DNA of 64,000 nt from an uncultured Actinomycetota bacterium. Lineage in GTDB: Bacteria; Actinomycetota; Acidimicrobiia; Spongiisociales; UBA5794. The notes under the pieces are model-generated. The model did no database searches. It was not told the DNA's origin and worked only from the letters and a program-made list of their open reading frames with translations. The DNA lies in the NCBI GenBank assembly GCA_963785245.1, contig CAWAUO010000004.1, forward strand, positions 314 through 64,313. The letters are read 5' to 3'. The translations under genes were made by a program, and so were the position numbers. This document shows positions 11,359-20,096 of the stretch, one piece after another; the stretch's first letter is position 1; every line of letters begins with the position of its first letter.

Positions 11359-12336
11359 ATGGGTTTCACCGTCATCAGTGGTCCGCGCGACTCCGGGCCG
11401 GGCGAACGCGAAGTCATATTCGAGAAAGCGAACCGCGTCTTCGACCGGGCAGGCATCGTGGATCACCAGCGCATCGACGTTCCGGATCGAGGGGCGGGCG
11501 AATCCTCTGAGGGACAACTCCGCGAGTCGGTTCAGGCGATCGTCCCCGCCCTTCAGAGCGGGTCGTTGTTCGGCGACGCGGACGGCGTCTTCGTCGTCGA
11601 CGCTCAGAACCTGCTGAAGGCCGAGGCGACGGTGATCGCCGAACTCGTCGACGCCGCCGATCCGAACGCAGTCACGGCCGTGTTCGCCGCCGCAGGAGCC
11701 ATCCCGGCTCCGCTCGCGGCGACGCTCCGCAAGAAGGGCGAGACCGAGAGCGTCAAGAAGTTCCGGGAGCGGGATGCTTCGCGCTGGCTCTCGGAAGCCG
11801 CATCGGCCCGCAAGCTGAAGGTCGAACCAGCCGCCGCCGCGGTGCTGCTCCGTCGCTTCGGCTCGGATATCGCTGCGCTCGGTCAGGCGCTCGACCAACT
11901 CGGCGCCGACGGCTCGACGATCACCGAAGCCGATGTCCTGGGGCGCTATTCGAACCGACCGGACGAACCGATGTGGCTTCTGTCAGACGCCATCACCTCG
12001 GGGAACGAGGGTGAGGCGCTGCGCCGTCTGGCCGATTTCCTTGAGCATGGTCACCCGCTCGTGGTCCTGTCGTATCTCGAGGGAGAGGTGAGGCGCCGAT
12101 CCCTCGCAGCGATCGCTCCCGACCGCGAGACCTACGCAGGGTGGGTCGGGTCTGCGCCGAACTCATTCCCGGTCAAGAAGGTGTGGGATCGGCGATCGTC
12201 CACGCGGGCCGAGTCGTTGCGGCGGTCGCTCGACGCACTGGCGAGAGCCGATATTCAGATCAAGAGCGCACCCGAGCCCACGCATCGAGTCACCTTGGAG
12301 CGGTTGACGGTCGCGATGTGCCGGTGGTTGGGCTGA
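11359..12336 (+). CDS. holA: DNA polymerase III delta subunit
   Basis: SLFGD motif, ~325 aa, LERL near C-terminus; usual comEC-holA/rpsT neighbourhood. Confidence 0.8.
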   Translation: MGFTVISGPRDSGPGEREVIFEKANRVFDRAGIVDHQRIDVPDRGAGESSEGQLRESVQAIVPALQSGSLFGDADGVFVVDAQNLLKAEATVIAELVDAADPNAVTAVFAAAGAIPAPLAATLRKKGETESVKKFRERDASRWLSEAASARKLKVEPAAAAVLLRRFGSDIAALGQALDQLGADGSTITEADVLGRYSNRPDEPMWLLSDAITSGNEGEALRRLADFLEHGHPLVVLSYLEGEVRRRSLAAIAPDRETYAGWVGSAPNSFPVKKVWDRRSSTRAESLRRSLDALARADIQIKSAPEPTHRVTLERLTVAMCRWLG

Positions 12337-12375
12337 CGGAGTCGCAGGTCGCCAGTCGGGACCAGGCGGAGGGGG

Positions 12376-12852
12376 TCAGCCTTCGTAGATCCGCACGGCG
12401 GCGATGCGGTAGGTGAACGTTCCGCCAGGGGCCTCATAGCTGACCTCATCTCCCGGGGCTGAGCCGAGGAGGGCGTCGCCGAGTGGACTCTGGGGCGAGG
12501 CGAGCAGAATGCCGGCGACCTTGTTCTCGGACGGTGCGACGAAGAACTCGTACTCATCCCCGTCATCGTCGATGACGGTCACGATGGTCCCGATCTCGAC
12601 CAAACCCGAGTTCTCGACCTCGCGGACCTCTGAGGTCTCGAGGAGTTGGGTGAGCTTGCGAATGCGGGCTTCCATCATGCCCTGCTCGTTCTTCGCCGCG
12701 TCGTACTCGGCGTTCTCTTTGAGGTCACCGTGCTCGCGTGCTTCCGCGATGCGCGCGGTGATCTCGATGCGTCCAACGGTGGAGAGCTCTTCGAGCTCAG
12801 CCTGGAGCTTCTCGTATGCGGCCGGCGTGAGCCAGGTCGACGGTTCGGTCAC
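12376..12852 (-). CDS. greA: Transcription elongation factor GreA
   Basis: [32 protein letters not shown]. Confidence 0.95.
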   Translation of the reverse strand: MTEPSTWLTPAAYEKLQAELEELSTVGRIEITARIAEAREHGDLKENAEYDAAKNEQGMMEARIRKLTQLLETSEVREVENSGLVEIGTIVTVIDDDGDEYEFFVAPSENKVAGILLASPQSPLGDALLGSAPGDEVSYEAPGGTFTYRIAAVRIYEG

Positions 12853-12856
12853 GGGT

Positions 12857-13123
12857 TCAGGCGACGGTCGAGCGAACCCGCCGCGTGAGGCGCGACTTGC
12901 GACGCGCCGCCGTGTTCGCGTGGAGGACACCCTTGGACGCCGCCATGTCGATGCGCTGCTGCGCCTCGCGCAGCATCTCTTCTGCCTTGGCCGAGTCGCC
13001 GGCTTCAACGGCATCGAGGACGGCTTTTTCGCGCGTCTTCAACTCGGAGCGCAAGGCCTTGTTGTGTGCGTACCGCGTGATGGTTTGGCGGTTGCGCTTC
13101 TTCTGGGACTTGATGTTGGCCAT
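12857..13123 (-). CDS. rpsT: 30S ribosomal protein S20
   Basis: [13 protein letters not shown]...[16 protein letters not shown]. Confidence 0.98.
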   Translation of the reverse strand: MANIKSQKKRNRQTITRYAHNKALRSELKTREKAVLDAVEAGDSAKAEEMLREAQQRIDMAASKGVLHANTAARRKSRLTRRVRSTVA

Positions 13124-13220
13124 GCTGGACGAACCTCGTGAGGTGGTGGGAACGAAACGTAACGATAACAGGAGAGCGGCTCAACGGTACACTGAGATAC
13201 CCCGCTCCCGGATCGATCAT

Positions 13221-15023
13221 ATGACCGCGCTCTCGCGCATCCGCAACTTCTCCATTATTGCCCACATCGACCATGGCAAATCGACGTTGGCCGATCGCCT
13301 GCTCGAACGCACCGGGGCGATCTCCGAACGCGACATGCGCGAGCAGGTTCTCGACGACATGGACCTTGAACGAGAACGCGGTATCACGATCAAGGCCAAC
13401 GCGGTGCGGATCGACTACACGGCCGTATCCGGCGTGGCGTACAAGCTGAACATCATCGATACGCCCGGCCACGTCGACTTCTCCTACGAAGTCTCCCGCA
13501 GCCTCGAGGCATGCGAAGGCGCCCTCCTGGTCGTCGACGCATCGCAAGGGGTGGAGGCGCAGACCCTGGCGAACGCCTATCTCGCGATCGAGGAGGGGCT
13601 CGAGATCATCCCGGTAGTCAACAAGATCGATCTCCCGGCGGCCGATCCGGACCGTGCGGCCGAAGAACTCGCAGCGGTCCTTGGAGGCACGCCCGAAGAG
13701 GTCATCCGGGTCTCGGCAAAGACCGGGTTGGGTATCGACGAACTCCTTGAAGCGGTCGTGGATCGACTCCCTCCGCCGGATGGCGTTGAGGACGCGCCGC
13801 TCCGCGCGCTGGTCTTCGACTCGTTCTACGACAGCTACCGCGGCGTCGTCAGCTCCGTCCGTATCGTCGACGGAAGCATCTCGAAGCGGGACGCCGTCCA
13901 GTTCATGGCGACGGGACTCGACGTCGAAGCTGACGAACTCGGGATTCGCCGGCCGGCTCTCGAGGTCGTCGATCATCTCGCCACGGGCGAGGTCGGCTAC
14001 CTCATCACCGGCGTCAAGGAGATCGATCTGATCCGCGTCGGTGACACCGTCACGCACACGGCGAGACCAACGGAACAGGCCCTCCCCGGCTATCAAGAGC
14101 CGAAGCCGATGGTGTTCTCGGGACTCTTCCCAACCGACGGAGACGAGTTCGAGCGTCTCCGCGAGGCACTCGACAAGCTCCGACTGAACGACTCATCGCT
14201 CGTCTACCAGGCGGAGACGAGCCGGGCGCTCGGGTTCGGGTTCCGCGTCGGTTTCCTCGGGCTGCTGCACATGGAGATCGTGCGAGAGCGCCTCGAACGC
14301 GAATACGACCTCGACCTCGTCGCCACCGCGCCATCGGTCGCCTACCGGGCAAACCTCACGTCAGGTGAGCAAGTCTGGATCCGAAGTCCGCAGGATCTCC
14401 CGGACGTCAGCAAGCTCGACTCGATCGAGGAGCCGTTCGTCAAAGTGATGATCATCACACCATCCGAATACATCGGCACCGTGATGGATCTTGTCCAACA
14501 GCGTCGCGGCCTGATGGGAGAGATGACCTACCTGTCTCCGGAGCGAGCGGAGCTTCACTACCGAATCCCGCTTGCTGAGATCGTCTTCGACTTCTTCGAT
14601 CAGCTCAAGACACGGACGAGGGGATACGCCTCGCTCGACTACGAACCGGACGACTACCAGGCCTCCGACCTCGTGCGGGTCAACATCCTGCTCAATGGGA
14701 TCCCGGTTGACGCCTTCTCCACCATCGTGCATCGCGACAAGGCGTATCCGTATGGGAAGGCGATGGTCGGGAGGCTTCGCGAATTGATCCCGCGGCAACT
14801 CTTCGATGTCCCGATCCAGGCAGCGATCGGCACCCGCATCATCTCGCGTGAGACCATCAAGGCCCAGCGCAAGGACGTCACCGCGAAGTGCTACGGCGGC
14901 GACATCACCCGGAAGCGGAAACTCCTCGAACGTCAGAAAGAGGGGAAGCGCCGCATGAAGATGGTGGGTCAGGTCGAGGTGCCGCAAGAAGCGTTTGTCG
15001 CGGCGTTGAAGCTGGAAACCTGA
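13221..15023 (+). CDS. lepA: Elongation factor 4 (LepA)
   Basis: [42 protein letters not shown]. Confidence 0.98.
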   Translation: MTALSRIRNFSIIAHIDHGKSTLADRLLERTGAISERDMREQVLDDMDLERERGITIKANAVRIDYTAVSGVAYKLNIIDTPGHVDFSYEVSRSLEACEGALLVVDASQGVEAQTLANAYLAIEEGLEIIPVVNKIDLPAADPDRAAEELAAVLGGTPEEVIRVSAKTGLGIDELLEAVVDRLPPPDGVEDAPLRALVFDSFYDSYRGVVSSVRIVDGSISKRDAVQFMATGLDVEADELGIRRPALEVVDHLATGEVGYLITGVKEIDLIRVGDTVTHTARPTEQALPGYQEPKPMVFSGLFPTDGDEFERLREALDKLRLNDSSLVYQAETSRALGFGFRVGFLGLLHMEIVRERLEREYDLDLVATAPSVAYRANLTSGEQVWIRSPQDLPDVSKLDSIEEPFVKVMIITPSEYIGTVMDLVQQRRGLMGEMTYLSPERAELHYRIPLAEIVFDFFDQLKTRTRGYASLDYEPDDYQASDLVRVNILLNGIPVDAFSTIVHRDKAYPYGKAMVGRLRELIPRQLFDVPIQAAIGTRIISRETIKAQRKDVTAKCYGGDITRKRKLLERQKEGKRRMKMVGQVEVPQEAFVAALKLET

Positions 15024-16255
15024 TGGAGTCGCCGGTCGCCGGTCGCCAGTCGCCAGACGACGGGCTGAGCTACCGGTCACCAGCTGCCAGGTACCAGCCC
15101 GATTCGGCAGAGGTTGCACAGGCGGCTTCCGCTTGGCGATCGGGGTATGTGCATGTTCCGTTCTGCGCACGGCGGTGCCCGTACTGCGACTTTGCCGTGG
15201 TGGCCGCGGATGAAGCCGGCGGGGGCGAGACCGACCGGTACGTGGACGCACTCGTCGCCGAGATCGGGATGGAGACCACTCCGTTCCGGCTCGGTGCCAT
15301 CAACGTCGGGGGAGGGACGCCGACCCGGCTCCTGCCGGCGCAACTCGATCGGGTGCTCGAGTCGCTTGAGGCGCGGTTCGGGATCGAAGACGGCGCCGAG
15401 ATCAGCATCGAGGCGAACCCGGAGGACTGGACCGACGACGTCGCCCGAACGCTGCGTTCGATCGGGTTCAACCGGGTGTCGTTCGGCATCCAGTCGCTCG
15501 ATCCGGCGGTGCTCGCGGCGCTCGGCAGGACACACTCACCCAAGCAGGCGCGAGATGCGGTCCGTGCCGCTCGAGCGGCAGGGTTTGCGACGACCAACGT
15601 CGATCTCATTTACGGCACGCCGGAGGAGACCGATGCCTCGTGGGGTCGGTCGATCGACGGTGTGCTGGACCTCGAACCGGAACACCTCTCGGCCTATGCC
15701 TTGACCGTGGAAGGCGGCACGGGACTCAGCCGTGCCGTCCTCGCCGGAGCCCCGGCGCCTGATCCCGACCAGCAGGCAGATCGGTTCGAGTACGCGGCGG
15801 AAGCGGCCGACGCCGCCGGTCTGGTCCGCTACGAGGTCTCGAACTGGGCCAGCGCCGACCACGTCTGCCGCTACAACCTCTCGACGTGGATGATGGGCGA
15901 GTATGTCGCCTTCGGCACCGGGGCGCACGACCACCGCAACGGCACCCGGGGGCGCAACATCCGTCGCCTCGACGCCTACCTGGCGCACGTTGAAGGAGGC
16001 GACCGGCCACGATCAGGGAGTGAGCGACTCGATGCGTTCGAGACGGAGCGGGAGCGGTTCATGGTCGGGCTGCGACTCGCGGCGGGGGTCGAATCGGGGG
16101 CGATTGGTGGACCGTTCCTCGCTTCCGCCGGCGGCAAGCGCCTGGCCGACGCCGGCGTGATCGGAACGAGCGGAGCACGCGTCCTGGTGCTTGAGCCGCT
16201 CCTCACCGATCTCGTGGCGCGGTCCGTGCTGTCAGTCTCGGCAGACGACTGCTAG
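15023..16255 (+). CDS. hemW: Radical SAM heme chaperone HemW
   Basis: YVHVPFCARRCPYCDF, GGGTP, EANP, YEVSNW; lies between lepA and hrcA; exact start uncertain. Confidence 0.92.
   Translation: MESPVAGRQSPDDGLSYRSPAARYQPDSAEVAQAASAWRSGYVHVPFCARRCPYCDFAVVAADEAGGGETDRYVDALVAEIGMETTPFRLGAINVGGGTPTRLLPAQLDRVLESLEARFGIEDGAEISIEANPEDWTDDVARTLRSIGFNRVSFGIQSLDPAVLAALGRTHSPKQARDAVRAARAAGFATTNVDLIYGTPEETDASWGRSIDGVLDLEPEHLSAYALTVEGGTGLSRAVLAGAPAPDPDQQADRFEYAAEAADAAGLVRYEVSNWASADHVCRYNLSTWMMGEYVAFGTGAHDHRNGTRGRNIRRLDAYLAHVEGGDRPRSGSERLDAFETERERFMVGLRLAAGVESGAIGGPFLASAGGKRLADAGVIGTSGARVLVLEPLLTDLVARSVLSVSADDC
15028..15096. repeat. Tandem degenerate heptamer repeat (GTCGCCR family)
   Basis: GTCGCCG GTCGCCG GTCGCCA GTCGCCA ... 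GCTACCG GTCACCA GCTGCCA GGTACCA. Confidence 0.85.
16229..16255. promoter_or_regulatory. CIRCE-like HrcA operator
   Basis: CTGTCAGTC-N9-GACTGCTAG vs TTAGCACTC-N9-GAGTGCTAA, ending 9 bp before the hrcA start. Confidence 0.65.
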
Positions 16256-16264
16256 CTTTCGACG

Positions 16265-17260
16265 ATGATCGACGACCGCAAAGCTCTTGTTCTCCAGGCA
16301 CTCGTCGAGGAGTACATCCGCACCGGCGAGCCTGTGAGCTCGCATGCGATCCTCGAACGGAGCGCCCTCGACGTATCATCTGCAACGATCCGCAATGAGT
16401 TGGCCAGACTCGAGTCCTACGGGTTCGTGGCGCAGCCCCATACCTCAGCCGGGCGAATCCCAACGCACCAGGGCTACCGCTACTACGTCGACCACTGCTC
16501 GCCGGCCCGGCTGCGCTCGGCGACCCACGACCGGATCCGGTCGTTCTTCGCCGACGTGCACCGTGAGGTCTCGAAGCTGCTCAAGGAGACGTCCGGTCTG
16601 GTCTCCGACATCACCCAACTTCCGGCCGTTGTCATCGGCCCGCAAGCCGATTCCGGACGGCTCCATGCCGTCCACCTCGTCCGTCTCGGTTCCGCCACGG
16701 TTCTCGTTGTGACGATCGCGGAGACCGGCCGGGTGAGTCAGCACACCGTCACCCTTGGATTCGAGCCGACCGACGAGCAACTCGACGCCGCAGAGCGCGT
16801 CATCGAAGGCGTCTACGCCGGTCGCGGTCGCAATGAGGTCAGCGAGGACCAACGCCTCGTCAGCAGCGACTTGCCCGAACTCGTGCGACGGATCATCGAC
16901 CCGGTCCATCAGGAGATCCAGGATTCCGAGGCCGCGTCTCCGCAACTCTTCGTGGGCGGAACGAGCCAGTTGGCCGGACTCTGGGCAGACCTCGCAATCG
17001 TGCACAGCATGCTCGACCTCCTCGAACGGGACAGTGACGTCCAGGCGATTCTTGGCGACCCTGCCGACGGCACGACGGTGCGGATCGGCGCTGAGATCGA
17101 CGACAGCCTCGACCTGGCGGTGGTCAGCACGCCGTTCGGACCGCGCGGCACCGGGCGCGTCGGTGTGCTCGGACCGATGCGGATGGACTACCGGCGCTCG
17201 ATTCGCGTGGTCGAGGAGATCGGCGAGAACCTCGAGGAACGGCTTGGCGCCGAATCATGA
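16265..17260 (+). CDS. hrcA: Heat-inducible transcription repressor HrcA
   Basis: SSATIRNEL, QPHTSAGRIPT..GYRYYVD, GVLGPMRMDY. Confidence 0.97.
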   Translation: MIDDRKALVLQALVEEYIRTGEPVSSHAILERSALDVSSATIRNELARLESYGFVAQPHTSAGRIPTHQGYRYYVDHCSPARLRSATHDRIRSFFADVHREVSKLLKETSGLVSDITQLPAVVIGPQADSGRLHAVHLVRLGSATVLVVTIAETGRVSQHTVTLGFEPTDEQLDAAERVIEGVYAGRGRNEVSEDQRLVSSDLPELVRRIIDPVHQEIQDSEAASPQLFVGGTSQLAGLWADLAIVHSMLDLLERDSDVQAILGDPADGTTVRIGAEIDDSLDLAVVSTPFGPRGTGRVGVLGPMRMDYRRSIRVVEEIGENLEERLGAES

Positions 17261-18330
17261 AGGACTACTACGAGGCTCTCGGGGTCGGTCGCGATGCCAC
17301 CCCGGACGAGATCAAGAACGCATTCCGCCGTCTCGCCCGTGAGACCCATCCGGATGCGAACCCGGACGACCCTGCGGCGGAGGAGCGCTTTCGCGAGGTA
17401 GCCGAGGCGTATGAGGTCCTCTCCGATCAGCAGCGGAAGGCTCGCTATGACCACGGCGAGACGGTCGGCGGCGGAGACCTGTTCTCGCAATTCGGCGGTC
17501 TCGACGACATCCTCCAGCAGTTCTTCGGCGGTGGTTTCGGAGGCCAGCGATCCGGCCCGCGCCGTGGCCCTGATGTCGCGGCCGCGGTCTCGCTGACGCT
17601 CGCGGAGGCCGCGGTCCCCGCCAGCCGAGAGATCGAGTTTCGTGCGCCGGGAATCTGCGAACGGTGCAACGGAACCGGTTCCGAGCCTGGCCATGACCCG
17701 GTCACGTGTCCAACCTGTCGTGGCGCCGGAAACGTTCAGGTGGCCAGAGAGTCCTTCCTCGGCCGCATCATGACCGTTGCCCCATGTGCCCAGTGCCGGG
17801 GCAAGGGCCAACTCATCGAGCATCGTTGCACCGAGTGCGAAGGCGATGGCCTTGTGACGGTGGACCGCACGGTCCCGGTCGAGATTCCTCCAGGTGTCGA
17901 GGACGGGACCCGTCTTCGACTCTCTGGTCGGGGCGGATCGGGTGAGCGAGGCGCGCCGGCGGGCGACCTCTATGTCGAGATTCACGTCGAGGCGGATGAA
18001 CGATTCGAGCGCGTTGGCGACGACCTCCACCACCGCATCGAGATCGGTATCAGCGAGGCGGTATTCGGGACCGAGGTCGAGGTTCCCTTGGTCGACGGTG
18101 GCTCCGAATCCATTGATGTCCCGGCCGGCACCCAACCCGAGACGGTGTATCGATTGGCGAAGAAGGGGATGCCCCGCCTGCGGCGTCGCGGACGTGGCGA
18201 CCTGCTTGTTCACATCGGCGTCGCGATCCCGACCGACCTCCCGGAGGACCAGGCCGATGCGTTGCGCACCTACGGCGAATTGCGCGAGGAGAAGCCCGCG
18301 GAACGCAAGCGTGGCTTGTTCCGCCGCTAG
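17257..18330 (+). CDS. dnaJ: Chaperone DnaJ
   Basis: J domain with HPD, four CxxCxGxG repeats. Confidence 0.97.
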   Translation: MKDYYEALGVGRDATPDEIKNAFRRLARETHPDANPDDPAAEERFREVAEAYEVLSDQQRKARYDHGETVGGGDLFSQFGGLDDILQQFFGGGFGGQRSGPRRGPDVAAAVSLTLAEAAVPASREIEFRAPGICERCNGTGSEPGHDPVTCPTCRGAGNVQVARESFLGRIMTVAPCAQCRGKGQLIEHRCTECEGDGLVTVDRTVPVEIPPGVEDGTRLRLSGRGGSGERGAPAGDLYVEIHVEADERFERVGDDLHHRIEIGISEAVFGTEVEVPLVDGGSESIDVPAGTQPETVYRLAKKGMPRLRRRGRGDLLVHIGVAIPTDLPEDQADALRTYGELREEKPAERKRGLFRR

Positions 18331-18533
18331 GCGGCTCAACGGCAGCCCCGTGCCCGGTCGACTCGCCCGCACGCCCTGATATGCGACGGCAGAGCGCCGG
18401 ACGGTCTCCGACGCGCTGTACTGCGAGCCGGCGGCGCCACGATTGCACCTTGCGGGGTGTGCGCCTCGAGGCGTAGACTGCCTACACAGAGCGTTTGGGG
18501 CGTCGCTCTGGGTATTCGCGGGAGGGTTCAATC

Positions 18534-18998
18534 GTGTCATACAACGAAGAGGTGGGAGAGCGCCTCCGGTCGATCCGTCGCCAGCGAGGGTTCTCGCTGC
18601 AGGACGTGCAACGCATCTCCGAAGGCGAATTCAAGGCCGCTGTGCTCGGCGCCTACGAGCGGGGCGAGCGCAGCCTCTCGGTTCCTCGCCTTCACCGCCT
18701 CGCCGGCTACTACGGCGTACCCGTCGTCCAGCTCCTCCCACCAGACTCGGCCGCCATGGTGATCGATCCGGATCGCGAGACGGTCACGATCGATCTCGAG
18801 CGCCTTGGCACCCTTGACGGTCCCGAGGGAGACATGATCGAGCGGTTCCTGTCGTCGATCCAGATGGAGCGTCAGGACTTCAACGGCAAGGTCCTCACGG
18901 TCCGTCGCGACGATCTTCGATTGCTCTCTCGGCTCATCGGCGAGAGTGACGAGTTCGCCGATCGCATCGATGAGGTTCGGATCTCGCTTCGTCCCTGA
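18534..18998 (+). CDS. bldD: BldD-like XRE-family transcriptional regulator
   Basis: GERLRSIRRQRGFSL...KAAVLGAYERGER N-terminal domain and C-terminal RQDFNGKVLTVRRDD matching the BldD RxD-x8-RxxD motif. Confidence 0.85.
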   Translation: MSYNEEVGERLRSIRRQRGFSLQDVQRISEGEFKAAVLGAYERGERSLSVPRLHRLAGYYGVPVVQLLPPDSAAMVIDPDRETVTIDLERLGTLDGPEGDMIERFLSSIQMERQDFNGKVLTVRRDDLRLLSRLIGESDEFADRIDEVRISLRP

Positions 18999-19130
18999 TC
19001 CCGACCTGCTCCGGGACGGCGAACTGACGGTTCGAACTCGGTGGCTTGACGGATACCGCCGATATACTCACGATTGCCCGATGGGTCCCGCTTTCCAGCA
19101 TACGATTTCCGTCTTCTAGGGTTCTCTTCT

Positions 19131-20096
19131 GTGACTACCACCACCGACGTCCGCGTCCGCGTTCCGAGCAACCACCTCATGGTCGAGTTGCTCGGCGAAC
19201 GAGACGCGCACTTGAGGCAGGTCGAGCAGGCATTCCCGCTCGCTCGAATCGTTGCCCGAGGGAATGAAGTCAACATCACCGGCCCGAAGAACGAGGCTGA
19301 AGCCGCTGAGACGGTGCTCGGCGAGTTGCTGATCGTTGTTCAGGAAGGCCAACAACTCGACGACGACCGCGTCTCGCGGGTCATCGACCTGGTCAAGCGG
19401 GATGTTCCCAGTCCCTCCGGCGTCTTCACCGAGTCCATCGCGGTCGGTCGGGGACGCCACGTACGGCCCAAGACCTTCGGGCAGAAGCGCTATGTGGACG
19501 CGATCAGGGACAACACCCTCGTGTTCGGGATCGGCCCAGCCGGTACCGGCAAGACCTACCTCGCCATGGCCTGTGCGATCGAGTCGCTTGTTTCGGGCGC
19601 CGTCAAGAGGATCATCCTGAGTCGACCGGCCGTCGAAGCGGGGGAGCGCCTTGGATTCCTTCCTGGTGATCTCACCGCCAAGGTCGATCCCTACCTTCGA
19701 CCGCTCTACGACGCGCTCTACGAAATGCTCGGGCCGGAAGAGACCGCCCGGTTGATGGAGCGAGGGACGATCGAGATCGCACCGCTCGCCTACATGCGGG
19801 GCCGCACGCTGAACGATGCGTTCGTCGTACTCGATGAAGCGCAGAACACGACACCTGAGCAAATGAAGATGTTTCTGACGCGACTCGGCTTCAATTCGAA
19901 GATGGTCGTGACGGGAGACATCACCCAGGTCGATCTCTCGGACGGACGGGGATCCGGGCTGAAGGTTGTTGCCGGCGTCCTTGCCGGGATCGAGGGCATT
20001 GCCTTCGAAGAGTTGACCGCGGAGGATGTCGTTCGTCACCGCATCGTCGCGGCGATCGTTGAGGCCTACCGGCGGTTCGAGGAGAACGGATCGTGA
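19131..20096 (+). CDS. phoH: PhoH family ATPase
   Basis: GPAGTGKT, RPAVEAGERLGFLPG, LAYMRGRTL, DEAQN. Confidence 0.96.
   Translation: MTTTTDVRVRVPSNHLMVELLGERDAHLRQVEQAFPLARIVARGNEVNITGPKNEAEAAETVLGELLIVVQEGQQLDDDRVSRVIDLVKRDVPSPSGVFTESIAVGRGRHVRPKTFGQKRYVDAIRDNTLVFGIGPAGTGKTYLAMACAIESLVSGAVKRIILSRPAVEAGERLGFLPGDLTAKVDPYLRPLYDALYEMLGPEETARLMERGTIEIAPLAYMRGRTLNDAFVVLDEAQNTTPEQMKMFLTRLGFNSKMVVTGDITQVDLSDGRGSGLKVVAGVLAGIEGIAFEELTAEDVVRHRIVAAIVEAYRRFEENGS

Noticed and set aside
15028-15096. Repeats as a CRISPR array
   Set aside because: 7-bp tandem units without spacers, and no cas genes in the window.
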